From NCBI RefSeq assembly GCF_006345805.1, contig NC_043020.1:17422001-17486000 (forward strand): a stretch of 64,000 bases of DNA, written 5' to 3'. Each line of letters begins with the position of its first letter. Position 1 is the first letter of the stretch. The notes below the pieces were generated by a model. It saw only the letters and a list, made by a program, of their open reading frames with translations, was not told the DNA's origin and made no database searches. The stretch is from Octopus sinensis. Taxonomy: Eukaryota. Position numbers and translations under genes: made by a program. Positions 25,455 to 38,250 of the stretch are shown here, piece after piece.

Positions 25455-25455
<1 letters not shown>
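25247..25455. mobile_element. Fold-back terminal fragment of the PLE at 51016-55890, within (TA)n
   Basis: Arms at about 25247-25311 and 25337-25398 are inverted. The sequence is identical to 51016-51105(-) and 55742-55890(+). Confidence 0.85.
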
Positions 25456-25498
<43 letters not shown>

Positions 25499-25532
25499 CA
25501 TATATATATATACATATATATATATACAATAT

Positions 25533-25592
<60 letters not shown>

Positions 25593-25596
<4 letters not shown>

Positions 25597-28500
25597 ATAA
25601 TTAAAATTAGATTAGTCCTTCACCATAGGACAGCTACCATCATCTCGGCATATGCCCCTCAACCAGGGCTACCGGAAGGACAAAAAGACCAATTCTATGA
25701 CACCCTATTGCGGACTACCTCATTGACAAATGACAGTGACCTTCTCTTCGTGGCAGGTGATTTCAATGGACATGTTGGACGACATGTCGGGGGCTTCCAT
25801 GGCGTCCATGGAGGCTACGGTTTTGGCTCTCGTACGAGGAGGGAACCAGGCTGCTGGAGTTCTGCGATGCAAATGACCTTATGGTCTGCAATACCAACTT
25901 CAGGAAACCCACCTCTCACCTAGTCACCTACCGTTCTGGCAGACACACCAGCCAGATTGACTACATCCTTGCCAGAAAAAGGGAAAGAGGGCTGATTATA
26001 AATGCCAAAACCTTTCCAGGCGAAGAATGTACTCCCCAACATAGATTAGTGGTTAGCGACTTCAGGATCAGAGCTAAATGGTGCCCAGAAGAAGACCAGC
26101 TTGGAGGAGAAGGGTCTGGAAGCTTAAACATCCTGCAAATGGACAGAGATTTAGAGACATACTACTCGAGGCCTTTGACGAAATAGAAGGGGATATAGCT
26201 TCACTAAATGTGGAAGACAACTGGAGATTCCTACGGGACAATCTGCTGACAGCCACTGTCCAGATCTGTGGATGGAGCAAAGTACCATCTCGACCCAGAG
26301 TAACATGGTGGTGGAACACTGTGGTTGACAGGGCTATTAGACAAAAGAGACAGGCTTGGAAGGACTGGAAGAATGGTGGTAGCAGGGAATTGTATCAGAC
26401 AGCCAGAAGGGAAGCTAGGAGACAGGTTTATCTAGCCAGAGGGGAAGCGGATAAGAAAAAATTTGCCAATGTTCTGAGCCGTGAGGATGAAAGACTTGAG
26501 GTATTTCGTGTTGCAAGACAGTGTGTGAGGGAGAATCGTGATGTGGTAGGAGAGAAGTGTGTTCGCATGGATGATGGTTCACTTGCGCTAAATGAGGATG
26601 CAAAGAGAGAGGTTTGGAGATGCCACTATGAAAGGTTGCTGAATAAAGAAAATGAATGGGATAAAGAGAGTCTGCCGAATTTTGACCCAACAGAGGGACC
26701 AGCTATCCGAGTTGATAGTTCCGTGGTAGCTAAGGCAATTAGAAGCATGAAGACAGGGAAAGCCCCAGGCCCATCAGGAATTACTGCAGAGATGCTCAAA
26801 ATATCTGGCAGTGTCGGCTATAGCCTGGTCACCCGTATAGTCAACCAGGTGATACACGAAGGAGTCATACCCAATGACTGGTGTAGCAGCACACTAGTCA
26901 ACTGCTACAAAGGTAAAGGTGATGCCCTAGATACAAATAATTACAGAGGTATCAAGCTGTTGGATCAAGTAATGAAGGTTACGGAGAGGGTCATAGCCCA
27001 ACTAATTAGAGAGAGAGTTAGTTTAGATGAGATGCAGTTTGGGTTCGTGCCAGGGAAAAGTACCACTGATGCTATATTCCTGGTAAGGCAGCTGCAGGAG
27101 AAATACCTAGCCAAAGATAAGCCCCTGTACCTGGCTTTTGTTGACATGGAGAAAGCTTTTGATAGGGTCCCCCGATCCCTTATCTGGTGGTCAATGAGGA
27201 AACTGGGGATAGATGAATGGCTGGTGAGGACTGTGCAAGCCATGTACAGAGATGCCGTAAGTAAGGTTAGGGTTGGCAACATGTACACAGAAGAATTCAA
27301 AGTAGAGGTTGGGGTCCACCAGGGTTCAGTACTCAGCCCCCTCCTATTTATCATAGTCCTCCAGGCAATTACGGAGGAATTCAAGACAGGTTGTCCCTGG
27401 GAGCTCCTCTACGCTGACGACCTTGCTCTTATTGCTGAGTCACTATCAGAGCTGGAGGAGAAGTTCCAGGTGTGGAAGGAGGTTTAGAATCGAGGGGCCT
27501 TAGAGTCAACCTAGCTAAAACCAAAGTACTAATAAGTAGGAAGGTAGACAATCCACAAATGTCTTCAGGAAGATGGCCCTGCTCGATCTGTAGAAAAGGT
27601 GTAGGTAGAAACTCTATAAGATGTACCCAGTGTAAGCTATGGACACATAAGAGGTGCAGCAATGTCAAAGGTAGGCTAACTGGAAGATAGTTTTTGTATG
27701 TGGCAGATGCTCTGGAGCATTAACCTCCGAAAATCTGCAGAAAATAACTTCCGTCACTTTCCAGGGGGAAAAACTAGAAGTAGTTGATAGCTTCCGTTAT
27801 CTAGGTGACCAAGTCAGTAGTGGGAGTGGGTGCGCTGAAAGTGTAACTGCTAGAATAAGAATAGCCTGGGCAAAGTTTAGGGAGCTCTTACCTCTGCTGG
27901 TGACTAAAGGCCTCTCGCTCAGAGTAAAAGGCAGACTGTATGATGCGTGTGTACGAACAGCCATGCTACATGGTAGTGAAACATGGGCCGTGACTGCCGA
28001 GGACATGTGTAAGCTCGTGAGGAATGAAGCCAGTATGCTCCGATGGATGTGTAATGTCAGTGTACATACTCGACTGAGCGTTAGCACCTTGAGAGAAATG
28101 TTGTACCTAAGAAGCATCAGTTGTGGTGTGCAAGAGAGACGATTGCGCTGGTATGGTCATGTGGCGAGAATGGATGAAGATAGGTGTGTGAGAAAGTACC
28201 AATCCTTAGCAGTTGAGGGAACCCGTGGAAGAGGTAGACCCAGGAAAACCTGGGACGAGGTGGTGAAGCACGACCTTCGAACTTTAGGCCTCACTGAGGA
28301 AATGACCAGCGACCGAGACCTTTGGAAATATTCTGTACGTGAGAAGACCAGGCAGGACAAGTGAGCCCAGCCCACTTATGAATGCCTTCCCTCCCTTGGA
28401 CACAAAGACCTGTTGAGGCAAGCGAAGTCGATATAGAACCTCATCCAACGACAGGCACCCATGCCAACCCCCTTTGCTTGCGAAGACATGTTGGGGCAAG

Positions 28501-29052
28501 CGAAATCGAAATCGAATTGAACCAGCCAGGATCCCTGGTCTGGTGGTACGTAAAAAGCACTATCCGACTCGTGGCCGATGCCAGCACCGCCTCCACTGGC
28601 TTCCGTGCCGGTGGCACGTAAAATACACCAATCTGACCGTACGACAGGCACCCATGCCAACCCCATTGCTTGCGAAGACATGTTGGGGCAAGCGAAATCG
28701 AAATCGAATTGAACCAGCCAGGATCCCTGGTCTGGTGGTACGTAAAAAGCACTATCCGACTTGTGGCCGATGCCAGCACCCCCTCGTTTGGCTTCCGTGC
28801 AGGTGGCACATAAAATACACCAATCCGACCGTGGCCATTGCCAGCCTTGCCTGGCACCTGTGCAGGTGGCACGTGAAAAGCACCCACTACACTCACGGAG
28901 TGGTTGGCGTTAGGAAGGGCATCCAGCTGTAGAAACACTGCCAGATAAGACTGGAGCCTGGTGCAGCCTTCTGGCTTTCCAGATCCCCGGTCGAACCGTC
29001 CAACCCATGCTAGCATGGAGAACGGACGTTAAACGATGATGATGATGATGAT
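25593..29052 (+). mobile_element. 5'-truncated RTE-clade LINE (APE remnant, RT, C-terminal Cys-rich finger), frameshifted
   Basis: [82 protein letters not shown]; (GAT)n tail. Confidence 0.95.
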
Positions 29053-30093
29053 ATAAGGCATTATTTTCCAAATACGCCAGGTAAGCTAAGTTGAACTGTC
29101 TAAAATCGAAGGACACCTGTGGTTTTTGTCCTGTTATTATTATTATTGTTTTTTGTATTTATATTCGTGTGGCATCGTCCGTTTTTCTGTCCTTGTTTCG
29201 TATACATTCGAGCCTTTTTCCAAGAAATCTAATGCTCGTAGCTTAGTTTTTCCTTGGGGCTGGCCGGATCGGAGATGATCTCAAGATTAATCAGCTGAAA
29301 TTGCAAGGATGATCCGGTTCTTGACTGAAGATTAGAGGCTTCGAATGACCCGTCCGTTTTTGTGTCATCTATTTGAGTGTTTTGCGTTCTTTTCCCATTT
29401 TGTATTTTTATATATATTTTTTATACATATATATATGTGTGTGTGTGTGTGCATACTAGCTTAAAACCCACCCTATTAGGTGGCTTTTAAGTTAACTCCT
29501 GTGAAAGGCTCTTCACTGGGCCTTGGGCCCAACAATAACACTTCATGCATTGAGTATATATTAAATTTTATTAAACTTGACCAATATTTTTCAAGCAATG
29601 AACACTTTCGATCAAAACAATGATATAATTTGTCGACTTGGAACTTATTGCAAAGCTTCATGATAAACAACAGTACCACCACCATCGCCACCACATCTGC
29701 CATATACGCATCATTCAAATTTCTGATGCCACCACTATCAATACCTTTGACTTTGCTGCCTTCCCCTCCACCACCATCACCACTGTCTTTCACATTGCTG
29801 ACTCTCATTGTCGTCTCTGACTGCCTCAGCTACCACCACCACCACCATCATCACCACCACCATCATCACCACCGCCTCCACCTCTATGACAACTACAGCT
29901 CTTGTTCAGTATTTTAGTTCAGTACGTTGATTCAATGTTCAGTCCCTCTTTCTCTCACATACCCACTCTTTCTCTCTCTCTTATTATTACTTTTAATTAA
30001 ATAACCTCAACTCTGTCTAAATTTCTTTGTCTCTCTTTCTCTCCCTCTCTTTTTCTTTCTTTCTCCTTCTCTCTGTCTGTCTTCATCTCCACC

Positions 30094-30239
30094 CTCACCG
30101 TTTCTATGCCTACTATTACTTTCACCCCAACATGAGCAATAGTAGAAGTGTCATTGAATAGTGAGAGAGGGGGTCAAAGTGTGACACACTGACACACAGA
30201 AATTAGTTTTCGCATTTATTATATTAGATTTGTGTGTGA

Positions 30240-30272
<33 letters not shown>

Positions 30273-30707
30273 TATAGCATGTTAGAAGTGTCTGTCTCTG
30301 TCTCTGTCGCTCTCTTTCTCTCTTCATTCACCACTATGCTCACCGTCTCTACTATTGCTCTCACCCCAGCATGAGGAATAGTAGAAGTGTCATTGAATGG
30401 TGAGAGAGGGAGTCAAAGTGTGACACACTGACACACAAAAGTTAGTTTTCGCATTTATTATATTAGATATGTGTGTGAGTGTGTGTGTGTGAGAGAGAGA
30501 GAGAGAGTATAGCATGTTAGAAGTGTCTGTCTCTGTCGCTCTCTCTCTCTCTTCATTCACCACTGCGCTCACCGTCTCTACTATTGCTCTCACCCCAGCA
30601 TGAGGAATAGTAGAAGTGTCATTGAATGGTGAGAGAGGGGATCAAAGTGTGACACACTGACACACAAAAGTTAGTTTTCACATTTATTATATTAGATGTG
30701 TGTGTGA

Positions 30708-30740
<33 letters not shown>

Positions 30741-30927
30741 TATAGCATGTTAGAAGTGTCTGTCTCTGTCGCTCTCTCTCTCTCTTCATTCACCACTGCG
30801 CTCACCGTCTCTACTATTGCTCTCACCCCAGCATGAGGAATAGTAGAAGTGTCATTGAATGGTGAGAGAGGGGATCAAAGTGTGACACACTGACACACAA
30901 AAATTAGTTTTCACATTTATTATATTA
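30094..30927. repeat. About 235-bp tandem repeat, about 3.6 copies, with embedded (GT)n(GA)n
   Basis: ctcaccg anchors at 30094, 30339, 30568 and 30801. Confidence 0.9.
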
Positions 30928-31859
30928 AATATATATATATGTATATAATATTTCATATCTTCTTTCTAGGAAAAGATTGCACAATAGTGTAAATGAGGTA
31001 CCTGATGATGTAATCAGACACAACACAAGCCAAGGTGTTAAAGCTGCTATGAATGTAAAGTGAACCCAAGAAATCACAGTCTCATCTATTTAATTATTTA
31101 TTAAAATATTTCTATGAATACATTTACATATTTTTCTGTTTCTGAATATAAAGATTTGTTGCTGCAATGGACAAGTAAGGTGGACCAAAAGTCACGCATC
31201 AAAACATTTTATATTTTATTTATATTATGTTATTATTGTTATTATTGAGTAAGAGAGCAGTGCATACCATCAAAGTGACACTGGGGTAAAATATACAAAG
31301 CCCAGTATACCCATTTCATAAGGGTACACTAGGCACATGCATCACAACCACGTGTGCGCGACATGGTGATCTGATATCAAGATAAACAGCACATGACCTT
31401 GCAGGTGGGGCCCAGTTAGAATTTTCTTCTGATCGAGTAACCCATCCCGCTCAAAAGGTCCCTGAATAAGGGTTGTTTAAGGATATTGAATGAAACACCC
31501 ATGTTTCCAGAGGCCAGCACATCAAGGAAAAATACTAAGCGGTATTTCATCTGCAGCTATGTTCTAAGTTCAAATTTTGCTGAGGTCAATTTTGTCTTTC
31601 ATCCTTTCGGGGTCGATCAATGGAGTGCCAGTTGAGTACTTGTGTCTATAGTAGAAAGGATTACTCTTTACTCTTTACTCTTTTACTTGTTTCAGTCATT
31701 TGACTGTGACCATGCTGGAGTACCACTTTTAGTCGAGCAAATCGACCCCAGGACTTATTCTTTGTAGCCTAGTAATTATTCTATCGATATTTTTTGCTGA
31801 CCACAAAGTTACAGGGATGAAAACACAACAGCGATCTTGGTGGGGACAAACACAAACAT

Positions 31860-31910
<51 letters not shown>

Positions 31911-32697
31911 GAAGTAAATATATGGCACAATTAAGTACTGATATTTACTGGAAAATAGCGAACGTAATAATATGACGCTAATGTATAGCTTCACCGCGTA
32001 TGTACTAGCAAAAATGCGTGAGTGCAACAAACTTGAAAAAAATTGTCTTACCTCCAGGGAGAACATCTGAAAGATGAAATACCTAGAAAGGGATAAAGTG
32101 GGACCGGGACCGGTTTCAGATTTTTCAAGATATGCCTGCACACATATACTTGATTTATCTTCATCAGCCAACATACACCACAACAACATTTCAGATGTTG
32201 CCACATCAATGCCAATACACTCGACTGAAACGCCGAAACGCTAACAGAACGAGAACAGTGAAGAAGTTTCAATAAAAATAGTAATGTTGTTGTGGTGTAT
32301 GTTGGCTGATGAAGATAAATCAAGTATATGTGTGCAGGCATATCTTGAAAAATCTGAAACCGGTCCCGGTCCCACTTTATCCCTTTCTAGGTATTTCATC
32401 TTTCAGATGTTCTCCCTAGTGGTAAGACAATTTTTTTCAAGTTTGTTGCACTCATGCATTTTTGTTAGTATATACGCGGTGAAGCTATACATTAGCATCG
32501 TATTATTACGTTCGCTATTTTCCAGTAAATATCGGTACTTAATTGTGCCATATATTTACTTCTATGTATAATTTTTCCTCATGGGCTATTCTTTACTGGA
32601 AAGCAATACTCTCGTAATGCATTACTATTTTTATTGAAACTTCTTCACTGTTCTCGTTCTGTCAGCGTTTTGGCGTTTCAGTCGAGTGTATTGGCTT
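31911..32697. mobile_element. Rearranged inverted-repeat element with two hammerhead copies (PLE pLTR-like)
   Basis: 31911-32209 is inverted relative to 32284-32562, and 32210-32286 is inverted relative to 32618-32697. Confidence 0.7.
32301..32370 (+). ncRNA. Type I hammerhead ribozyme motif with long stem II (inverted copy at about 32103-32172)
   Basis: GUUGG-CUGAUGA-AGAU[AAA-UCAAG...CUUGA-AAA]AUCU-GAAAC-CG-GUC-CCGGU. Canonical core, palindromic ACCGGU stem III, GUC triplet. Confidence 0.7.
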
Positions 32698-33078
32698 CTT
32701 TCAGTTTCCGTCTACCAAATCCACTCACAAGGCTTTGGTCAGCCTGAGGCTATAGTAGAAGACACTTGCCCAAGGTGCCACGCAGTGGGACTGAATCCAG
32801 AACCATGTGGTTGGTAAGCAAGCTACTTACCACACAGCCACTCTTACGGCTTTATTATTATCGTTGTCATTATTATTCATCTTGTTCACCATTCATTATT
32901 TCATTTAATTTATTCAGTTTTAGAAAAATTGAAGCATGTCTTTGACAACTCTGGAACGCATATGTCCGCATTTGTATTTGTAGATGCAAACACACTGACA
33001 CCAGTTGTTAAACAGTGGCGAGGGATGAAGCCAGACACAAAGACACGCACACACACACACACGCATACACACACACAC

Positions 33079-33118
<40 letters not shown>

Positions 33119-33424
33119 AATGTGAGGATAAAATTCTTTTCGAAAAAAAAATATTTTCTCGAAAACAATTTTATCAATGGCCAGCATATTAAAAAATACC
33201 TTTAACGGTTAAATTTATATGATTCATAAATGAGGGCAAGGGAAAAAAAAGAGGGCTCTTAGTAGCTAACTCTGAAATCAGTCCGATATGGTAATAATGG
33301 AATTTTTTAGAAATTTCTGTCGACCTTTATTCGAGTAGCGTGCGTATTGTGAAAAAATTATATGGTTAATGGACAATATGTCCAATTTTTCGGCATATTT
33401 GGCATATATATATATATATATATA

Positions 33425-33745
33425 TCATCATCATCATCATCATCATCTTTTAATGTCCATTTTCCACGCTAGCACAGGTTGGATGGTTCGACCGGGGTCT
33501 GGGAAGCCAGGAGGCTGCACCAGGCTCCAGTCTGATCTGGCAGTGTTTCTACAGCTGGATGCCTTTCCTAACGCCAACCACTCCGCGAGTGTAGTGGGTG
33601 CTTTTTACGTGCCACCAGCACAGGTGCCAGGGGAGTCTGGCAGAGACCACGATCGGTTGGTGCTTTTAACATGCCACCAGCACAGAAGCCAGTCAAGGCA
33701 GCGCTGGCATCGGCCACGTTTGGATGATGCTTTTTATGTGCCACC
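33425..33745 (-). mobile_element. Short RTE 3'-UTR-derived copy
   Basis: Shares ggagtggttggcgttaggaagggcatccagctgtagaaac and the (GAT)n tail with 28860-29052. Similar copies at about 21270-21485, 35120-35710, 36480-37110(-), 39950-40258, 46780-47290, 49690-49920(-) and 55915-56060(-). Confidence 0.75.
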
Positions 33746-35714
33746 GGCACAGGTATCACAACTCTGGAACAGGTATCACAACTCTGGCACAGGTATCACA
33801 ACTACTCCGGCACAGGTACGATGGGCTTCTGGCAGTTTCCATCTACCAAATCACTCACAAGGCTTTGGTCGGCCCAAGGCTATAGTAGAAGACACTTGCC
33901 TAAGTTTGTTTCCCAACCACATGGCTCAGGGTTAGGGCTAGGGTTAGGTATTTGTGCAAATGAAAAATTTTAAAGAAACAATGAAAATGCTTGACTACGA
34001 AAGGCAAAGAAAGAATAGTGTTTAAGAATTCTATATCCAAAACTAAACCAAAAATAGTCAACACTTAATATAATAAACAATGATAAAAGAATATTTACAT
34101 GTCCCCTTTTTTATAAAATATTGGATAAAAATTACTAACTATGAAGGACAAATGAAAAATCATCATCATCATCTTCATCATCATCATTATCGTTTGGGCA
34201 AGTGTCTTCTACTATAGACTTGGGCCGTCCATAAATTACCTTTACAATTTGAAAAATTCAGGTAAAAATGTAAATGGAAGACAACTCAGTAGAGTTTATT
34301 GGAAATTACTTTTACAGAGGCTTCATTGCTTGCATGCCAGATATCTAGACTATACAGTACTAGAAATTGTGTAAGTTGTAAAGATTATTTATGAACAGCC
34401 TGTGTGTATATGTGTATATATGTGAGCATGTGTGAGTGTGTGTCTGTGTGAGTGTGTGTGTATACGTTGATATTGAACCGTCCAACCCATGCTAGCATGG
34501 AAAACGACGTTAAACAATGATGATGATGATGATGATTGTATAAAGGATTGTGGGTAAAGCCAGAAGTAAGTGCATTTACTTTGTATTTTTCTGGCCTTAC
34601 CCACAATCCTTTATTCAATATTGAATGGCGGTGCCCCAGCATGGCCACAGCTCGTGAGCTGAACCTAGATGAAATGAATATTTTACACAATGCTCCATAG
34701 TAATTATTCTATTATAATGTGTGTGTATGTGTGTGTGTGTGTTATAGTCGCTTGACACGCTTTACTAATTCGTTTTGGTGACTTATTTTAGTTGATTTGT
34801 ATATACCATTTCTTGACATTCCTTTCTATATATTTTGAATTTTTATTTGCGTATCTTTTTTTTACCTTCTCTGCTTTTATATATGTATTCCTTTCATAGG
34901 CTGAAGGGCATGGTAATGTTTAAACATGATGAAATGTATGGAAGTATGGTGTTATATAAAATCATTGACCCGAATTTGATGTTTGTTCGCTAATCAATGT
35001 TTTTTGTCTCTGTCTCAATTTCATTTGAGCACTTCTTTCTTGCAGTCCTATAAACCCTTTTATCTCCATAAAAAGAGGCAAAAACTATTTCTTGTCTTAT
35101 ATATATAGGAATGATGCATGAAGTGGAAAGTAAGACCTGTTGAGGCAAGCGAAATCAAAATCGAAATCAAATTTGATGATTGGCATCTGTGCTAGCAGGG
35201 TGCAAAGTGCACCATACGAGTGTGATCGTTGATAGAGCAGCTAACCGGCTACCATGCCAGTGGCACATAAAAGGCACCATTCGAGTGTAATCATTACCAG
35301 CGTCGCCTTACTGGCACTTAAACCTTGTGCTAGTAGGATGCTAAGAGCACCATCAGAGCGTGATCGTTGCCAGAGCGGCTAAGTGGCTTCTATGCCGGTG
35401 GAATGTAAAAGGCACCATTCGAGCATGATTGTTACCAGTATTGCCTTACTGGCACCTGTGCCGGTGGCATGTGTAAAAAGATTCGGGTGAGGTCGTTGCC
35501 AGTGCCACCTGACTGACCCCTGTGCCGGTGGAACGTAAAAGCACCCACTACACTATCAGAGTGGTTGGCGTTAGGAAGGGCATCCAGCTGTAGAAACTCT
35601 GCCAGATCAAGATTGGAGCCTGATGCAGCCATCTGGTTCGCCAGCCCTAAGTCAAATCGTCCAACCCATGCTAGCATGGAAAGCGGACGTTAAACAATGA
35701 TGGTGATGATATAT

Positions 35715-36135
35715 ATTCTTTTATTTGTTTCAGTCATTTGACTATGGTCATGTTGGAGCACCGCCTTTAGTCAAGCAAATCGATCCCAGGGCTTATTCTT
35801 TGTAAGCCTAGTACTTATTCTATCAGTCTCTTTTACCGAACCGCTAAGTTACGGGGACGTAAACACACCAGCATCGGTTGTCAAGCGATGTTGGGGGGAC
35901 AAACACAGACACACAAACATATACACACACATACATATATATATACATATATACACACACATACATATATATATATATACATATATACGACGGGCTTCTT
36001 TCAGTTTCCACTCACAAGGCTTTGCTCGGCCTGAGGCTATGGTAGAAGACACTTGCCCAAGGTGCCACGCAGTGTGACTGAACCCGGAACCATGTGGTTC
36101 GTAAGCAAGCTACTTACCACACAGCCACTCCTACA
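35715..36135 (-). mobile_element. SINE family A
   Basis: Full-length reverse match. Confidence 0.85.
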
Positions 36136-37495
36136 CTTATATATATATATATATATATATATATAATGTGCATAAACAACAAATTAGGGATTCATCTCTT
36201 AGGAATGTCCCATGCAATGAACATCTAGATATTTGTGAAAATGAAAAATTTTAAATATTCCCATTTAACAAAATAAACGATGAAAAATGCTTGACTATGA
36301 AAGGCAAAGAAAGAATAGTGTCTAAGAATTCTATATCCAAAACTAAACCAAAAATAGTCAACACTTAATATAATAAACAATGATAAAAGAATATTTACAT
36401 GTCCCCTTTTTACAAAATATTGGATAAAAATGATTAACTATGAAGGACAAAGGAAGAAGAATCATCATCATCATCATCATCATCATCACCATCATCGTTT
36501 AACGTCCGCTTTCTATGCTGGTATGGGTTGGACAGTTTGACTGAAAACTGGTAAGGTTCCAATCTGATTTGGCAAGGTCTCTATGACTGGATGCCCTTCC
36601 TAATACCAATCACTCCAAGAGTGTAGTAGGTACTTTTTACATGCCAGCGGCACAAGTGCCATTGACCTGACACCAGCATTGTCCATGACTACAGTCTCAT
36701 TTGGCCTCACAGGTCAACACAAGCATGGTATATTGCCAAGGGTCTTGGTCACCTGTCACTGCCTCCATGAGGTCCAACATTCAAATAGTGCTTTTTATGT
36801 GCCACCAGCATGGGTGCCAGTCAGACAGCACTGGCATCGGCCACAGCTATAATTTTATTTGGTTCAACAGGTCTTCACAAGCACAGCATATCATCCAACA
36901 ATTGAAGGTGGCTTTTAATGGGCCAGTTAAATAACATTGGCACCAGCCACGACTATGATCTTACTTGGCTTGCCAGGTCTTCTCGAGCACAGCATATCTC
37001 CAAAGGTCTCGGTCAGTTGTCATTGCCTCTGTGAGGCCCGATGCTCAAAGGTTGTGTTTCAACACCGTATTTCATGTCTTCCTGGGTTTACCTCTTCCAT
37101 AGGTTCCCTCCAACCCTAAGTCCGAAAACAGATCAGAAATAGTTAATACTACCACTACTACAAAATTAACAACTTCCTTTTTCATACACTATTCAAGAAC
37201 AAGTGAATTTGAAAATATATTCAAAAGCGCTTACACACACTAGAAAGAAATTTATTCCAAAAAGGTTGGTAACATTCTGATTTAAGAATTTATAACCTTT
37301 TTAAAAAATAAGTTTAAAAAAAAATCTTTTCTATTCTTAGTAAAACTAAAAGGTGGCAAGCTGGCAGAATCATTAGCATGCTGGATAAAATGCTTAGCAG
37401 TATTTCACCCGTTGCTACATTCTGAGTTCAAATTCCGTCAAGGTTGACTTCCCTTTTCATCCTTTCAGGGTCGATAAATTAAGTACCAGTTGCCT

Positions 37496-38250
37496 GTGAA
37501 TTACCGGGTCTGGTATTTCTGTAGGTGGTTCTTCATGGAAGTGTCTATCTGCATGTGTTCCTTAATGCATACATGCAGTTTTCTTGTGCTTCCTATGTAG
37601 GGTGTGCCACATTTGCCACAGATGATCTCGTATACAACATAAGTCCCCTGGCACAATTCAGGGTCATTGATGGGTCAGTTCGACAATGTGCACTCCTCAG
37701 AGAAGTGAGAAGTGTTGTTCTTGGATAGAGCTTTTCTCAAGGAAGGGGTAGTGTGCACTATCTGTATGTTGAGTCCTTCCCTGTGGACTGCATGTTGTAT
37801 CACTGCAGTAGTTCTGTCATCAAAGTGCAGTAGCTTTAGGAAGCACATGGTTATTCTGGAGTTTATTGATCCTGATGTTCTTTAGACACCATTGTTTAGC
37901 TAAAGATGGTGGGTAGCCATTCAGGGTTAGGTCACTGAGGAACTGTTTGGTGTTGATGGTTTTGTCGGCCACGTTGTTGCAATTGTTGTTTATATGTGCA
38001 ATCTCATTTCTCACGTATGCGACTTTGGCTCTGGTGGGTAAGGCCGATTGGTAGTGGACAAAAGTTTTCTATTAGCGGTTTTTCTGTAGAATTTGGTAAA
38101 TATGGAACCGTCCTCTGTGGTGATGAGTTGAAAGTTGAGTAGAGAGAGGGCTCCAGATTTGTCTGGATGTCCAGTCTCAAATTTGATGTTTATGTTGGTG
38201 TTATTGAAGGTCCGGTGTATGCTAATGGCCTCATTCCTAGCTGGTTACTA
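37496..38250 (-). mobile_element. Penelope/Poseidon-like PLE fragment (RT thumb plus GIY-YIG)
   Basis: Manual translation gives HPDKSGALSLL...KFYRK...VHYQSALP...VRNE...LNGYP and VVYEIICGKCGTPYIGSTRKLH...EH. Confidence 0.8.

Noticed and set aside
29255-29365. CUGAAGA-containing hammerhead candidate
   Set aside because: Stem II and the GAAAC/stem III geometry do not fit convincingly.
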